64,000 nt of DNA from Octopus vulgaris (Eukaryota), in assembly GCA_951406725.2 (NCBI GenBank), contig OX597816.1:132928001-132992000 (forward strand), in the 5' to 3' direction. The notes under the pieces were generated by a model. It did not search any database. It was given only the letters and a program-made list of their open reading frames with translations, and was not told where the DNA came from. Made by a program: the position numbers and the translations under genes. Position 1 is the stretch's first letter; every line of letters begins with the position of its first letter. Below are positions 1 through 14,835 of the stretch, in pieces.

Positions 1-500
1 CAATAAAATTCTTTAGTCTTGTTTTGTCAAGAACATGGCAACATATCTAGTGTGGGGTGCCACATTGAACTGCATCTAGCATACCTGATAAAGTCGTTTG
101 TGTTAAAAAAGGTATACAGCCATAGAAACCATGCCATAGGAAAATACACAAGTGAGATGTGGTCCTCACTTGTAGAAGGACTTCTAGATGTGGGGGCCAC
201 ATCTAGAAGGGCAGTCACTCTGAATATAAAATTGATTTGGACAATGATGATGATGATGATGTTTTCATTCAATGTTTTAATAATTCTGATCATCCATTGC
301 ACTTGTCAAATCTACTGTGAATCCAGTGAACTTTCTCTTCCTGTCTTTAGGTAGAAATAGTACACTTAACATAGTTGCTCTTACCTTGACTCTAATCTAT
401 ATGTAACTTACAGTGTAGTCCTAGAAACAACATTGTTCATGTAGTAAACTATGAAATTCTTCCATTCTCTCAATTTCTTGTAATTCAAATCGCTTCATAG

Positions 501-566
501 TCCCAGTAGACGAAATAGAAAAGGCATTGTTCTGGTGGATGGTGAGGAAGATGTGCTGGAACTTAT
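501..566 (+). CDS. Candidate 66-nt internal host exon (unidentified gene)
   Basis: Pyrimidine-rich acceptor ...cgcttcatag|, strong donor |gtaagt, length a multiple of 3, non-repetitive sequence; open frames PSRRNRKGIVLVDGEEDVLEL or PVDEIEKALFWWMVRKMCWNL. No homology recognised. Confidence 0.4.
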
Positions 567-1499
567 GTAAGTGAACTTGTTTGTATGTAAGTGAACTTAA
601 GTGTGTATGTGTGTATTCACATATTTATGCATACACACTCACTTCCATAAACATGTGCATTTGCACACATTACTCTGATCAGTTTTGAACTAAAGATTCA
701 AATCAACCAACCTTCAGAGAAATAATAATTAATTCAACGTCTGGAAACTTGAACTCCAAACTTTATACATCTAGTCCTGACACTATAAAAGTCCTATACA
801 ATAATAATCCAAGGAATAGATCAAATTACCAATTCTCTTTAATAATAATTTGCTTGTAATATAATCCAAAAATCAATTGAAGATTGCCTCGTGTAATATT
901 TATGGCAATTAGGTAAGTATTGAAACATTTCAGAGATTCACAATATTTCATCATTTTGAGTGATTATAAATCCATTGAGTAGCTTAATTAAACTAAACAA
1001 TTTATCTGATTCTATTGTGGTATTAGCACTGAGACAGACATTTTGTCTTCAATAAAGTCCAAAGAAATTCTTGCTGTAAATTTGATTTTTCTTCATTATT
1101 AATGAAATAAATAAATAAATAAATAAATAAAAATGAAGTTATTTTCGCTTAGCGAAAAAACAAGAACAAGACAAAAACAGAAACAATAAAAGAAAACTCC
1201 CCTTAATTGGCATAAGTCGTCATTTAATAAATTGTAGCAGTGAGATTAGTTTAATTAGCCCAGTTATTATTTACATTGTCCTGGATTGATAATTATGTGA
1301 AGAGGTAAAAATATAATAGTGTATTGACTCCATGAATAAATTAATTTGATAGAAGACAATTTTTTTTATTAAAAGTAGGTATACATGTTAGGAACAATCT
1401 TAGTTGAGTTGATATGACATTCACCGTAGAATTGGCAAATCAAAAGTTCAAATCTCACAACCAATTCTAATTTTTTTTAATTCTGCATATAGCACTTTA

Positions 1500-1925
1500 T
1501 AATTTTTGTGGTATCTTGGGAAGGTTGTTATGCTTTTAATAAACACATGCACTGGTTCAGTTTCACTTCTTTACCATTATTAATCAATTAGTTATTTAAC
1601 CAACTAACTAATTGATTGTTTGATTATTTATTCAGTTAATCAATCAAAAAGTTGTGTTTGTCAAAGTCCTTTCATTGCCATTGCCAACCTCTTCAATGAT
1701 ATGCCCTCTCTTCTCTAGGTCCACTCCTGGTCTGTCATTGAAGAGATTGCAATTGTCAACATATTCACAATTGATAAACATAATTGATTAACCAAATGAT
1801 TACTCAAACAATTGATTAGTAAGCTGGTTAAACTCTTAACCAATTTATGAATAACAAAGAAATGAAATAGGACCAGTGTGTGAGTATATTATTGGTATAG
1901 TGACCCTCTCAAGGCAAAAACAAAA
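1500..1925. repeat. Old diverged inverted repeat (arms about 200 bp, spacer about 25 bp)
   Basis: cctcttcaatga...tcattgaagag at the centre; 1540-1650 aligns loosely to the reverse complement of 1780-1885. Confidence 0.65.
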
Positions 1926-4671
1926 CCTGTTTCAACACATGAGTATAGTCACTAAATTTTCTAAATTTCCCAAATGACATGCTACTATCTTAACTGAAGA
2001 AAGGTATACTTGATAATATTATCTTTGATAGACTATACCCAGAAAAAATATATAGAATTTTGATGGTTAAAAGTTCTTTGATTTGATCATAGGTCTGTTT
2101 AATTAAATCCAACCCATGGTTAAACAACAATCTTATATTGTCATCATAATAATTATGATTGTCATCATCACTGTCATGCCCATTCTCATTATCATTGTTG
2201 TCATTCTCCTCCTCCTCCTCCTCGTCATCATCATCATCATCATCATCATCATCAACAACAACAACAACAACCATAACAATGACAGTCAACAACAAGTTGT
2301 AACAGGATAGGCAGAACCTGTTAGTTTCAAGTCTGTTTGAAATGACCAGATGTAATGGAATAATCCAATCAAAGTTGCATTGCTAATATGTTTAATAGTG
2401 TGATAATTCTTATAAAAAAAAATACATAAGTAAGATCAAAAAATAAACCAAACATTTAATGGACAGGAAGCAATATCTAATCTAAAAGTGTTTTTTTTAT
2501 TAGAAGCTTCTGTTAATGACCAACAGATGATAAATGGCCCACTTGTACTTAAGAATGCTTCAAGCTATTACACAACCTGACAACCAGTTACAAGAAACTA
2601 AGCAGAAAGCAAAACGAAACAAAGAAAGATACAAAAAGGAATAAGGCATACTGTATTTTCTTTCCTAAAAGTATATCATATTTACTCAACACTTATTAAT
2701 GTTTGTTAATGATATTACAACTGTAAGGTTAAAATAGGAAAATTAATAAATAAGTTTAAAAAATGGGAAGTTAGTGTAAAGACCATAAAATAATATATGG
2801 CCAATGAATATTGTACAGTGGAGAAGAACACACTGTTCTTGGAGAGTAATAGCAGCATTTATGGCCCCAATAATGACTTCAAGAACTGGACTCTTCAAAT
2901 TATCCAACGTTAGGGGTATTGATTTAGAAACACGGCAAAACAGTATACAAACACAAGCTGCATTCGCACAGATATGAATACACACACACACACGCACACA
3001 CACACACAAACATGCTTGTGCATGTACACATGCACACACACACACATATGCATGCATACACATACACACATGCATGCACACACATATTAGTGAAAAGTGT
3101 TAAAAGCAATAAATATAGATGTTGACAAACCTCTGAGGAATATTAGCCAAGAAAAAATGAGATATAATTGGTTGCATTGTTAAAATGGTAAAATATGCCA
3201 TACTGAAGCTTACCAAACATCAGACTTTCAAAAACTATAAATAGAATGCTTCCTTTTATGTTTCTTACATAAAAAAGGATTCTAATGCATAGTCTACCTT
3301 CTGTGCCTATTTTACTATCCTGTTCAAAATTAGTGTTTGCAGTATCTAAAACCACTTTACAAATATCTATATATTATAAATCTTGCGAATTGTGACAAAG
3401 TAATTCTCCATTTATTTAAAGTCTCCCTGCCTTTTACTAAATAAAAATTTGTCCCATGGAGAATTTTCACTCTTTTACTATTGTTATTGTTATTTAGAAC
3501 TGGGTTGAATCTGATCCTGAAAATTCATGCTCAAATGCAGTCCAGTTGTGACCATCATGTCTCTTTTTCAGTAAGGGTATATCTACAGTAATCCCTGGCA
3601 AACTGCAGCTTGCAGGATGTTCTGAATGGTGCAACAAAGAAGAATTACCTTTGAATTGTTTTAGCAGTATGGACTGCTTGGAGATGTGCCATGGCTTATG
3701 TGGCCTGCTTCTCAAAAAACGTTGCTGTGCCTGATCTATAACACTTGGCAGAGTGTAATTTGGAGGGAATATGGCAGTTATTTCTAACAGATCAAGATTC
3801 CAAGGTCAGCTTGAGATTCAGCTGCAGAACTAATTAAGGACTAAATACAACTGATTGGTTACTGGATATGATTGATAGGTTCTATTCTATAAACATCTTA
3901 ATTGTTTGATTATAGTTAGTGGTAATACAGTGTCAACCACATAAAGTAAATTGGGTTTGACACATCTACTCTCACCCTCTCTCTTTCTCTCTTCTTCTTC
4001 TCTCCTCTCTCTTTTTTCAACTGGAGTGATCATGTGTTAACCCTTCTGCAAGATTCCTTTTTCTAACATCCTACTCTCACATCTCATCACCTGGCACAAA
4101 ACCACCTCCCTCAATACTACTTGCCACTCAGTTGAGGAGCCTTATCTTGCAAGTTACTTGGTAACCTCACCAATGCTGGTGCCACATAGAAAGTACTTGA
4201 TACAGTCAGTAAAGTGGTCAGCGTTAGACAGGATATCCATCCACATTGAAGAGGAGAAACCATACCAAAGCAGACAATTGATCTTGGTGCAATCTTTTGG
4301 ATTCCAAGCTCCTGTCAACCCATCCATGGTTAAAATATATTTTATATACAGTAGAAAGAGACAGAGTGGTTTGGAATCAGAGAGTAAGGGACTGAGGCAG
4401 ATACAACGGGTTATTCTGAGAGGAGATAAAATTCTGTAGATGTTATAAATGTAGTTGAAAACAAAAAGAGTACACAACTTGAGAATGAGTTAAGATTATA
4501 GAAATTAGTAGGAAAGTATTTATCAATCAAATAGTTGGCTTTCTTCTAGATGTAATCTAGAATAGCTGTGATTTAAGAGGTTCTGTTATCTCAGATATAA
4601 AAACAGTACTCAATAGTTGAATGATTTCAGGTTGTTGCTGTGGTCAGCTCTGCAAGGGCAGACATGATTAA

Positions 4672-4892
4672 CCCTTTAGTATTCAGATTACTTGGTCAAA
4701 TGTAATGCTTATTTTATTCACATTATTTTTAATTATTCATGTATTATCTTGTAGCTTTAATATTTAGATGCTGTGATTGTTTATTTTTAGAATCATATTG
4801 TAGGATAGGTGAGAGAGGTTGGATCTGGCAAGTCTGAACATAAAACGGGTAGAATATTTGGACCTGATATGGTAGGTTTAAATGCTAAAGGG
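4672..4892. mobile_element. piggyBac-type MITE
   Basis: ttaa-CCCTTTAGtATT ... AATgCTAAAGGG-ttaa: CCC/GGG termini with TTAA on both sides. Confidence 0.75.
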
Positions 4893-6464
4893 TTAAAATT
4901 ATTCCATCCATGACTGTCTTATCTTTCATTCAGGTATCGTATATCAAGGACTACATCATTCAATGTATTGCTCTTTTGTAAGATGTAGAGCATATTTTAG
5001 GTGAGATGTGATTGTTATTTTTAGTTCATCAAACATCTGAATTCCTTTGTTGGCTTTAATGAGATTTTGGGTTTTATCAAGAGAAAAAGAAAGGAACAAA
5101 CTAAATATCCTTGATGAGGTTTTTATAAATAAGATTTAACAATATATGACTGTTTTCAGAGATTACTGGAGATGATGATTCTTCACAAATATAGTCTATT
5201 TATATGAGAATGGTTAATGAAAAGTAAGGCTATGGTGCATTTTTTTCTACTTTGAAGTAACTTTAATGTTTTAAATGTTAAACATTACTATATTGTAGAA
5301 TTTTAGAATTCCAATGGAAAATGTAATAAAAGACAGATGTTGATGTTGCATAAGAGTTTCAAATCCAGACAGGGCAAAAGATATTAAAAGAATGGGAAGT
5401 TGTAACATCTGTGTAGGAATAAGTGAGATTATGGTTGATTTGGGACCTAGAACCTTTATATATTTTCTGAGACTTTGGTTCCTGTACCTGATAATTTTTT
5501 ATTCTAAGGTGCAGAATTGGATAAAGGTTTTCTTCATTTTGAATTTAATATAATTTAATTTTTTTTTTTAATGAAATACCAACAGCTGTTGTCTCAGATA
5601 CTGCCATCAAAATACAAAGAACTGAAAAAGATACTGCAAGACATCCTGTTTGATACGCTAACATTTCTGCCAATCCTCTGTACTGATATTCTATCAGTAT
5701 TGATATTTAACAACTATTCAATGAATGTAAACAGAAAATCCGAAATAGAACTCATCCTTGGGGAAATGCCAGAATGAAGTGGGTGGAAAAGAAGAGTTAT
5801 GGATGGAACAACTTTAATCATAAGTCTGCTCACTCAGAGAAGACCAGGAACTAAACTACAGCAGCAGCCTGAATTCATTCAGCTATCGAGTATTGTTTTT
5901 ATAGCTATCCAAAATTTAAAAAAAAAACCTCTTTAATCACAGCTATCCTGAATTACATTCAGAAGAAAGCCATCTATTTGGTTAATAAATACATTCCTAC
6001 TGATTTCTATAGTCTTGACTCACTGTCATGCTGTGTACTCTCAACAGCTTCAGCTACAACTATAACCTCCACTCAGAATAATCTGTTGTAACTGCCTCTG
6101 CCTCTGCCTCTTACCATCTGAGTCTCTCTACTTCTCTCTTTTCCTACCCTATATTAAAAAAATTTATATAAAGTGCTTTGTTGCAAGAACTACTACAACA
6201 CCTCTTTAATCATTCATTAGTGTCTTAATGAAGAAAAATAAAATTAGCTCATTGAGATATATTGAAATTAAAGTGAGGTTATGGATTCAGATTAGTTGTT
6301 TTGGAAATCTGAGGAAAGTTGATTTAACAGGGAGAGGTGTTTTAAAAATGTATGTGGACAGAACAGAAGATTTAAAGGATTGAATATATTAATAAATAAC
6401 GAAGTCACTTATAAAGAATAGCTTTATAAAGTGACTAATTTATATGTGAACTATAAAAAGGATA

Positions 6465-6720
6465 AAGACCCCTTTCAGTCATGAATGAGCATGGGGATGC
6501 ACCTAGAAAGTTCCCATCTGAGGCACATGTCCAAGCAGGGTTATTTATGGAAGGCCAGCAGTTATCCATGCTATCGATGTTATCCAAGAGAAAGGCAAAG
6601 GCCGATACAGCTTGGCACCTGTGATGTCGTAACTCATTTCTATAGCTGAGTGAACTGGAGCAATGTGAAATAAAGTCCGGTCCAAGAATCGAACTCACTA
6701 CCTTATGATTGTGAGCCAGT
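6465..6720 (-). mobile_element. Degenerate tRNA-derived SINE (family C-related)
   Basis: Shares gctgagtgaactggagcaatgtgaaataaagt with the copies at 43220-43550 and 44743-44987. Confidence 0.6.
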
Positions 6721-7344
6721 TGCCTTCTTACTTGTATAAACTAGCAGGTAATTAAATGAATACTACCAATGATTTTTAACTGTGGTATATATGTAACAAG
6801 ATACATAATTGCATGTAAACACACTTATACAAATACATTCATACATGCAAGTATATGCACACACATTCATACACATTAATACATACACATGATGAATTTA
6901 TATATACTTTACATTAACTACGTCGTAGTTAAGACACACATTTAACTCTAGGAGTTAATTTTTAGATTCTAATGGAGAACATTTTCAGAAAACTGCAAAG
7001 AATTTGATTTTTCAATATTGCAGAAGAACTTTATTACAGGTAAAAATTCTTAAAGCGACAGATTGCTCTTTTACCAATTTAAAAATTGCTGCACTATATT
7101 TCTTCATTTTCCCTTCTATGACATTTAGGTGTCATTGATATTGTTATTGTTTAGTTCCTGGTAAGCCCCAATGAAACAAACTTGCAATCAACAGCATTCC
7201 AGCTGTTACTATTTCATCTTGTTTTCAGAAAGAAATAGTTTATCAATTTTAAGATAGTAGGCTATGATATGAGAGAGATTTGGCAGTTATTATTATCAGA
7301 TTGAGCAAGCACATAGAGGTTCACATACTGAACCTTGATATTAA

Positions 7345-7565
7345 CCCTTTCGTTACTGTATTTATTTTGAGATGCTTTGTGTTTCTTTCAATTATTTGAG
7401 ATATAACAAAGAATTTAGTAAAATAACTTAGTTATCATTAAGCTAGTGTTAGGAACATAAATTGGGACTAAGGTTTGGTGGAAGATTTTAATTCAGAACT
7501 TTTGAAAACAAGACATTTGTACTACAGGGCCAGAGCCGGATTCAGCCGGGTTGGTAACAAAAGGG
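7345..7565. mobile_element. piggyBac-type MITE
   Basis: ttaa-CCCTTTCGTTAC ... GTAACAAAAGGG terminal inverted repeats; the right TTAA is not retained. Confidence 0.6.
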
Positions 7566-8953
7566 TCCTAACTGTAATCTTTTCTGGGACAAGCATTATT
7601 TTCTTGTGAGTGTAATCCAGAATCCAGTTCCAGTTCTCATTTCCATTTATCTCAGTTTATTCATACTGTCAATAATACTAAGAATGTCCTGAAAGTCTCA
7701 CAATCTAAATTTTTCTTCTCTATAAATTTGATACCTGTACATTTTCTACCCAATACAAAATCAATTTTGAACCTTTCATCAACTAATATAAAAAAGGAAA
7801 AATTTTGTATCAATTCTTGAAAAAGTAAGATTTCTTTTCATCCCTTTGCTATTCACTAGAATAGTTTCATAAAGGGAAATTATGTAGTCTTTTGAATGAA
7901 TTCCAGTCTAGTATATTATTAGTTGCCATATTTTGTAAATAACTCAAGGAGCGATAGGTGAAAACAACACAGGCCTGGATTGAGGTTAGAACTATAGTAT
8001 ACAAAACAAGAGAAAGTAAAAGCATCTCATCATCACTCCTGTTTATAACATTTTCAATAAAAATAATGATAAAAATACGACTGCTGAATAATAATAATAA
8101 TAATAAGAATAATAATAATAATAATGATAATAAAAATAATAATAATAATAATAATAATAATATAACATTATAGGAAACTTAATTATAAATTTAAGCAAAT
8201 TCCCAAAATTGATTAATTTCATAGAAAAAATATTTCTGCTGAAATTTCGGGAAGGCAAAAGAATAAATAAATAAATAAATCATTGCTCTTGTAGTTATTT
8301 TAGATATTGTGATGGAACTAGAATTATCTAGAATAATCCATCAATTGCCTTGCTGCTTTAATCTCCTTCTGATCAATGCATGCATTCATCATCTATACAG
8401 TTAACGGAATCAATAGTCAGATGCCTCCATCAAGTTATTTCTCATAAGACACTGGCTACTGAATGATTTCTGCAAAAGTGTTTTCTTTCTTTTACACTTG
8501 TTGTTGTTGTTGTTGTTACTGTTGTCGCTATTCTTGCTGTTGTTGTTGCAGCCAATATTGAAGTCGCCTTCTAAAAATATATTTGCATTCACCCAGTAAC
8601 GGTGGCATTTATGGCGATGGTGGTGATTATGATGATGGTGATAGTGATGATGGTCGTGGTGGTTGATAAAGTAATGGTGAATACTTGGATGCTTTCTACC
8701 ACACTGATTTATTCTTTACGTAATAAAGGAAGAGATGAAGCCATCATGTTGGTTTAGTTGTGGTTGTGGTCGATGTGGTGTTGGTTGTTGTTGTTGTGGT
8801 TGTTGCTGTAAGAATGTTGTCTGGTTTGGTTGCAGTTACATATATTTAGTTATACTACAGATTATAAGAACACAGGAATATATGCACCTATATCTATCAA
8901 TCTATGTATTTATGTATATATATATATATATATAAATACAAACATACAAAGAT

Positions 8954-8996
<43 letters not shown>

Positions 8997-9063
8997 TTTA
9001 TATATATGTATGTATACATACATACATACATATATACCTATATATATATAGGTGTATATAAAA

Positions 9064-9118
<55 letters not shown>

Positions 9119-10032
9119 TACATACACATAATATATGTTTGTGTGTGTGTGTAAACATACATATATACACAGTCACTCACACACATATACACATATATAT
9201 ATCTGTATGGTAGAGAAAAACATACTTTATGATGTTAGTGTAGTGATGGGGTTGGTGTTAGAGGGTGGTGGCAATGATTAGAGGAGAAGAAGCATGACCT
9301 AAGCAGCATTAATTGAATTGAGTCATTCTATTATTGGAACTTATTTTACCAGACACTAAATGGATGAAAAGTAAAGTTGATCCTTGTAGGATTTGAACTC
9401 AATTCAATTCCTACAGACAACAATGAGACATTAAATCCAATATGGTAGAGAAATAACAGATTGAATGTATATTGTATTTATTCATGTACAATCATCATCA
9501 TCATCATCATCATCGTCGTCGTTGTCATCGTCATCACTGTCACTGTCATCAATGATGTCTTCATCATCATCATCATCATCATCACTGTTGCTGACATCAG
9601 TTGTTATCATCATCATCATTATCATAATGATTGCTGTTATCACCAACATCATCATCTTCATTATCATTGCTGTCACCATTTTCATCATTGTCATCGTTAT
9701 TGTTGTCATTGTTGTCATCACTGTCATCATTGTTGTTGTTGGCATCATTGTTGGTGTCGTCGTCATCATCATCATCATCATCATCACCATCACCATCATC
9801 AGCTAATGTCTGCTTTCCATCCTATCGTAAGGAGGATGGTTTGACAGGGTCCAACAGTTCCAAGGACTGTGTTGTGTTCTATTGTCTACTTTGACATAAT
9901 TTCTATGACTGGAACTTATTAAAGCCAACCACTTTACAGAATGTATTGGCTATCATTTCCATGACACCAGCTCTGGTATGGTCATCAAATAATTTGCATG
10001 ACAAGCTCCCTTGACTGAGTGGGGCTACAGTT

Positions 10033-10280
10033 GTGGAGGCACGTGGCTTAGTGGTTAGGGTGTTGAACTCATGATTGTAAGGTTGTGGTTTCGATTTCTG
10101 GTCTGGGCAATGCGTTGTGTTCTTAAGCAAAACACTTCATTTCCTGTTGCTGCAGTCCACTCAGCTGGCAAAAATGAGTAATCTTGCAACGGACTGGCGT
10201 CCCGTCCAGGTGGGGAATTTCTATGCCACTGAAACCGGGGAATCGGCCCTTATGAGCCTGGCATGGCTCAAGAAGGAAGG
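10033..10280 (+). mobile_element. tRNA-derived SINE, family C
   Basis: gtggaggcacgTGGCTTAGTGGttagg (A box) and ggtttcgattt (B-box-like); related copies at 13801-14005, 22673-22895 and 50690-50935. Confidence 0.75.
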
Positions 10281-10751
10281 AAGTGAGGCTACAGTGGAGA
10301 AGGAGACCGCATCATGTTTAATATGAGGGGTTAAGGCACGAAAGAGGGGGACAAGAACAAGGACAGAAATCTTGCTGTAGAGGAGGGAGCTACATGACTG
10401 CTGATATTATATAGGAGTCGGTGGGAGTGACTAAAGTAGAGACAGAAAGAGTGATAAAATGAAGAGGTCAGAGTGGATCCTCAAGATGTGAGGTGAGTAG
10501 AAGTGAGTGGGGATAGAATAACAGGGAGAGTTGGTGGGTAGGGGTTGCAACTAATTTCTAAGTCTGTTATATATTCTGGTGGTCGCTTTTGCTGAACCAC
10601 TAAGTTATGGGTGTGTAAATAAACTGACATCAGTTGTCAAGTAGAGTGTGTGGAGTGGGTGTGTGTGTGACAAACAAATGATGACACAAACACACATATA
10701 TATACATGTATATATGTATATATGTATATATATCCCTTAAGTTCATTTATA

Positions 10752-11173
10752 CTCTCTTTTACTCTTTTACTTGTTTCAGTCTTTAAGACTGTAGCCATGC
10801 TGGAGTACTGCCTTTAGTCAAGCAAATCGACCCCAGGACTTATTCTTTGTAAGCCTAGTACTTATTCTATCGGACTGTTTTGCTGAACCGCTAAGTTACT
10901 GGGACACAAACACACCAGCATCAGTTGTCAAGTGATGTTGGGGGGACAAACACAGACACACAAACATATACGCACACATACATATATATATATATATATA
11001 CTTATATACGACAGGCTTCTTTCAGTTTCTGTCTACCAAATCCACTCACAAAGCTTTGGTTGGCCTGAGGCTATAGTAGAAGACACCTGCCCAAGGTGCC
11101 ACGCAGTGGGAATGAACCCAGAACCATGTGGTAGGTAAGCAAGCTACTTACCACACAGCCACTCCTGTGCCTA
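10752..11173 (-). mobile_element. tRNA-derived SINE, family A (CORE-like), near full length
   Basis: Reverse complement of ggcgcaggagtggctgtgtggtaag...ccttgggcaagtgtcttc, internal (TA)/(TG) tract, gtaaaaga tail. Confidence 0.8.
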
Positions 11174-11479
11174 GGAAACCTTTCTGAATATGCATATAAA
11201 AGTTTCTATTTTATTATGCCAGCTACAGCCTAATGATGCCAACTAGCGATCGCAGTTATTTTGGGTTTCACCTGAGGAAATGAACACATGAATATGATCC
11301 ACCCAATATCCATGGAGACTTCAGACTGTATTGTAATCACCTCAGGAATATGGTCTATGATTGTAAGAAACATGTGATTTGTGGAAACACATGTAGATAT
11401 TTAATATCATCTGGATAATACTCTCATAAAGTGCATTTCAAAGTTCTTATACATTTATTGGCTACCATATGGATGGAAG

Positions 11480-11870
11480 CACTCTCTTAGCTCTCCGTCG
11501 GTTACGACGATGAGGGTTCCGGTTGATCTGAATCAACAGAACAGCCTGCTCGTGAAATTAATGTGTAAGTAGCTGAGCACTCCACAGACACGTGCACCCT
11601 TAACGTAGTTCTCAGGGATATTCAGCATGACACAGAGAGTGACAAGGCCGGCCCCTTGAAATACAGGTACAACAGAAACAAGAAGTAAGAGTGAGAGAAA
11701 GTTGTGGTGAGAGAGTACAGCAGGGATCACCACCATCCCCTGCCAGAGCCTCGTGGAGCTTTTAGGTGTTTTCGCTCAATAAACACTCACAACGCCCGGT
11801 CTGGGAATCGAAACCACGATCCTTTGACCGCGAGTCCGCTGCCCTAACCACTGGGCCATTGCGCCTCCAC
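11480..11870 (-). mobile_element. tRNA-derived SINE, family C
   Basis: Reverse complement starts gtggaggcgcaaTGGCCCAGTGGttagggcagcggactc...GGTTTCGATTCC; CpGs retained (young). Confidence 0.75.
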
Positions 11871-12035
11871 TGGCTACCATATGCTAACCACATGAATACT
11901 ACTTTTACTGGATTTATATGTAGAAATCTGTTAGTGTATGCAGAATTTATATAAAAATTTATAAAGCAAAAAGATTGAATATCCAGGCTTTAATCACAAA
12001 TCACATCCTGCTTTATAAATTTTTATCTATCTATC

Positions 12036-12078
<43 letters not shown>

Positions 12079-12096
12079 AACAGGCTAATTATATAG

Positions 12097-13508
12097 TGCA
12101 CAGGGTACAAGTAGGGGTTCACCAAGGATCGGTGCTCAGCCTCCCTTTGTTCATCATAGTACACCAGGCAATAACAGAGGAATTTAAAACAGGCTGCCCA
12201 TGGGAGCTCCGCTATGCTGATGACCTTGCTCTTATAGTGAAATCACTACCAGAAATAGAGAAGAAGTTTCAGATATGGAAGCAAGGTCAAGAATCGAAGG
12301 GCCTTAGAGTTAACCTAGCAAAAACCAAAGTCTTAGTAAGTAGGAAAGCAGACAAATCACAAATCCATTCAGATAGATGGCCCTGGTCAATTTGTAGAAA
12401 AGGCATAAGTAGAAACTCTATAAGATACACCTGTTGTAAGCTTTGGACACATAAAAGGTGCAGCAGCATCAAAGAAAGGTTAACAGAGAAATTAGCTTTT
12501 GTATGTGGAAGATGCACAGGTACAATAAACGCTGAAAATGTGCAGAAAATAGACTTCATCAACTGTCAGTGGAGGCAAGCTGGACGTAGTAAATAGCTTC
12601 TGTTATCTAGGTGACCAAGTTAGAAGTGACCAAGAGCATAGCTGTGAGAATAAGATTAGGATGGGCAAAGTTCAGAGAGCACCCCACCAAGCTGGCAACA
12701 AAGGACCTCTCTCTCAGAGTGAAGGCAGATTGCCTGTGTGCAAACAGCTATGCTGCATGGCAGTGAAACATAGGTTGTGACAGCCAAGGACATGTGTAGG
12801 CTTGAAAGAAATGAAGCCACTATGCTTTGCTGGATGTGCAATGTAAGTGTGCATGTTCAACAGAGTGTAAGCATCTTGAGAGAAAAGTTGGGCATAAGAG
12901 GCATCAGATGTGGTGTGCAAGAGAGATGACTGCACTGGTATGGTCATGTGATGCATATGGATGAGGACAGTTGTGTAAAGAAGTGCTAATCTCTAACTGT
13001 GGAGGGAACCTGTGGCACAAGTAGACCCAGGAAGACATGGAACGAAGTGGTGAAGCATGATCTTCGAACTTTGAGCCTCACAGAGGCAATGACTAGTGAC
13101 CGAGACCTTTGGTGAGATGTTGTGCTTGAGAGGACTCATCAGGCCAAGTGAAATCATAGTCGAGGTTGATGCTGGTGTCACATAACTGGCACCTATGCCA
13201 GTGGTATGTAAAGAACACCCTTTGAGTGTTGGACCTCACTGAAGTAAAGTGGCTGAGTTCCTTTTGAGTGTTGAGTCTCACAGAGGCAATGACCAAGACC
13301 TATGGCATTATGTCATGATTGAGAAGAAGACTCATCATGCTAAGCAAAATCACAGTCACGGCAGATACTGGTGTCACACAAAGCACCCATTGCACTCTCA
13401 GCTGTAGAAAATCATGCCAAATTAGACTGGAGTCTGGTGCAGCCTTCCAGCCCTGGTCAAATCATCCAAACCATGCCAGCATGGACAATGGATGTTAAAT
13501 GATGATGA
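12097..13508 (+). mobile_element. 5'-truncated decayed RTE-clade LINE (RT C-half, PHD-like finger, 3' UTR, (GAT)n tail)
   Basis: GVHQGSVLS, YADD, N..KTKVL, F.YLG, LHGSET and WYGHV motifs with frameshifts and stops; ends gatgttaaatgatgatga. Confidence 0.9.
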
Positions 13509-14338
13509 ACAGTTAACCAATATTTAGAACTGTATTCCTGCATATCTGAAGGGAAACAGTGAGGAGGACTCATATATTACACTTTCATTTAGCTGGACTA
13601 CACAATTGGGTATTATATCACAGAGTATATATATACAAGCAAGACAAAAGAGAAGAGTTTGTTTATAAAATATTTAGTTATATCATCTATTAAATATTTT
13701 AAAACAAACACTTGTTTTATTTTTGCTTTCATTATACATAGATACACATATGACAGGCTTCTGGCAGATTTTATCGACCAAATTCACCATCACCTGCATA
13801 GTGGAGGCATGTGACTTAGTGGGTAGGGTGTTGGATTCATGATTGTAAGATTGTGGTTGCGATTCCTGGACTGGGCGATACATTTCATTTCACATTGCTA
13901 CTGTCACTCTGCTGGCAAAAATGAGTAATCCTACAATGGATTGGTGTCCTGTCTAGGTGGGGAAATTATATGTCACGGAAACCAGGAAATCAGCTCTTAT
14001 GAGTTGGTATGAATTGAGAAAGAAATTTTACTACTTTGATTAAAACTCCAATTTCCTCTTGAAACTTTATATGCACATATTTTTTTTTTAATGTTCATGT
14101 TCCATGCTGGCATGAGTTGGACAGTTTGACAGGATCCAATGAGTTTGCGATGGGTTCTTCTGCTTGATGGCCTTCCTAGTGCCAACCACTTTGCAGTATG
14201 TATTGGGAGCTTTTTTTCCCAACACCAGGCCTATTAATGTTGTCAGACACTTGCAAGACTATGAATCATGAGGAGTGGGTTAGTCCTACTAGCAAAATAT
14301 GTGTGCGCACACACACACACATACACACACGCACGCAT

Positions 14339-14377
<39 letters not shown>

Positions 14378-14483
14378 AGCATAGAGTGCATGCTGCCCTG
14401 GAGCAGGAAACTGAAGGGGTGGCCAATGGGCAGACTGCCCCCTCCACACACCTCTAGCTATGCTAGTGCACACGCACACACAT

Positions 14484-14524
<41 letters not shown>

Positions 14525-14580
14525 CAGTTTAGAGGGATCACTGGTTACTAGTAGTATGTTATCCAGCAAAACCTCTTAAT

Positions 14581-14835
14581 CAGTGTTTCTCAACTGTCTT
14601 TTGCCTATGGATCCCTTTGATTCCTATTTTACTCAGATGTACCCTCCTAGCCATTCGATGTTTTAAGGAAAACCTATAAAATCTTTATTAGATATTATTA
14701 GGGATTTTACAAAAGAAAGTGTTAAAATATTCTGTGCATTGTAGAAGTATAACTGATCTATTGCGGATTAATTTTAATAGCAAAATCTTGTATGGCCCCC
14801 ACAAGGGTTATGTGGACCCTAGTTGAGAACCATTG
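14581..14835. mobile_element. hAT-type (MER5/Charlie-like) MITE
   Basis: Termini CAGTGTTTCTCAACT ... AGTTGAGAACCATTG; 8-bp TSD not clean. Confidence 0.6.

Noticed and set aside
3497-3733. Cys-rich plus-strand exon candidate (also 2819-2912 and 32833-32941)
   Set aside because: Weak splice signals, short frames and no recognisable homology.
8904-9844. ORFs rich in YI, HT, poly-His, poly-Ser or poly-Met here and throughout the window
   Set aside because: They are translations of (TA)n, (CA)n, (CAT)n and (TAA)n microsatellites.
10033-10110. tRNA genes at SINE heads
   Set aside because: A/B boxes are present, but there is no complete cloverleaf and each continues into a SINE body.
11225-11420. 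Hammerhead candidates around ctgagga / ctgaag and gaaacacatgta
   Set aside because: No arrangement gave an intact core together with stems I and II.
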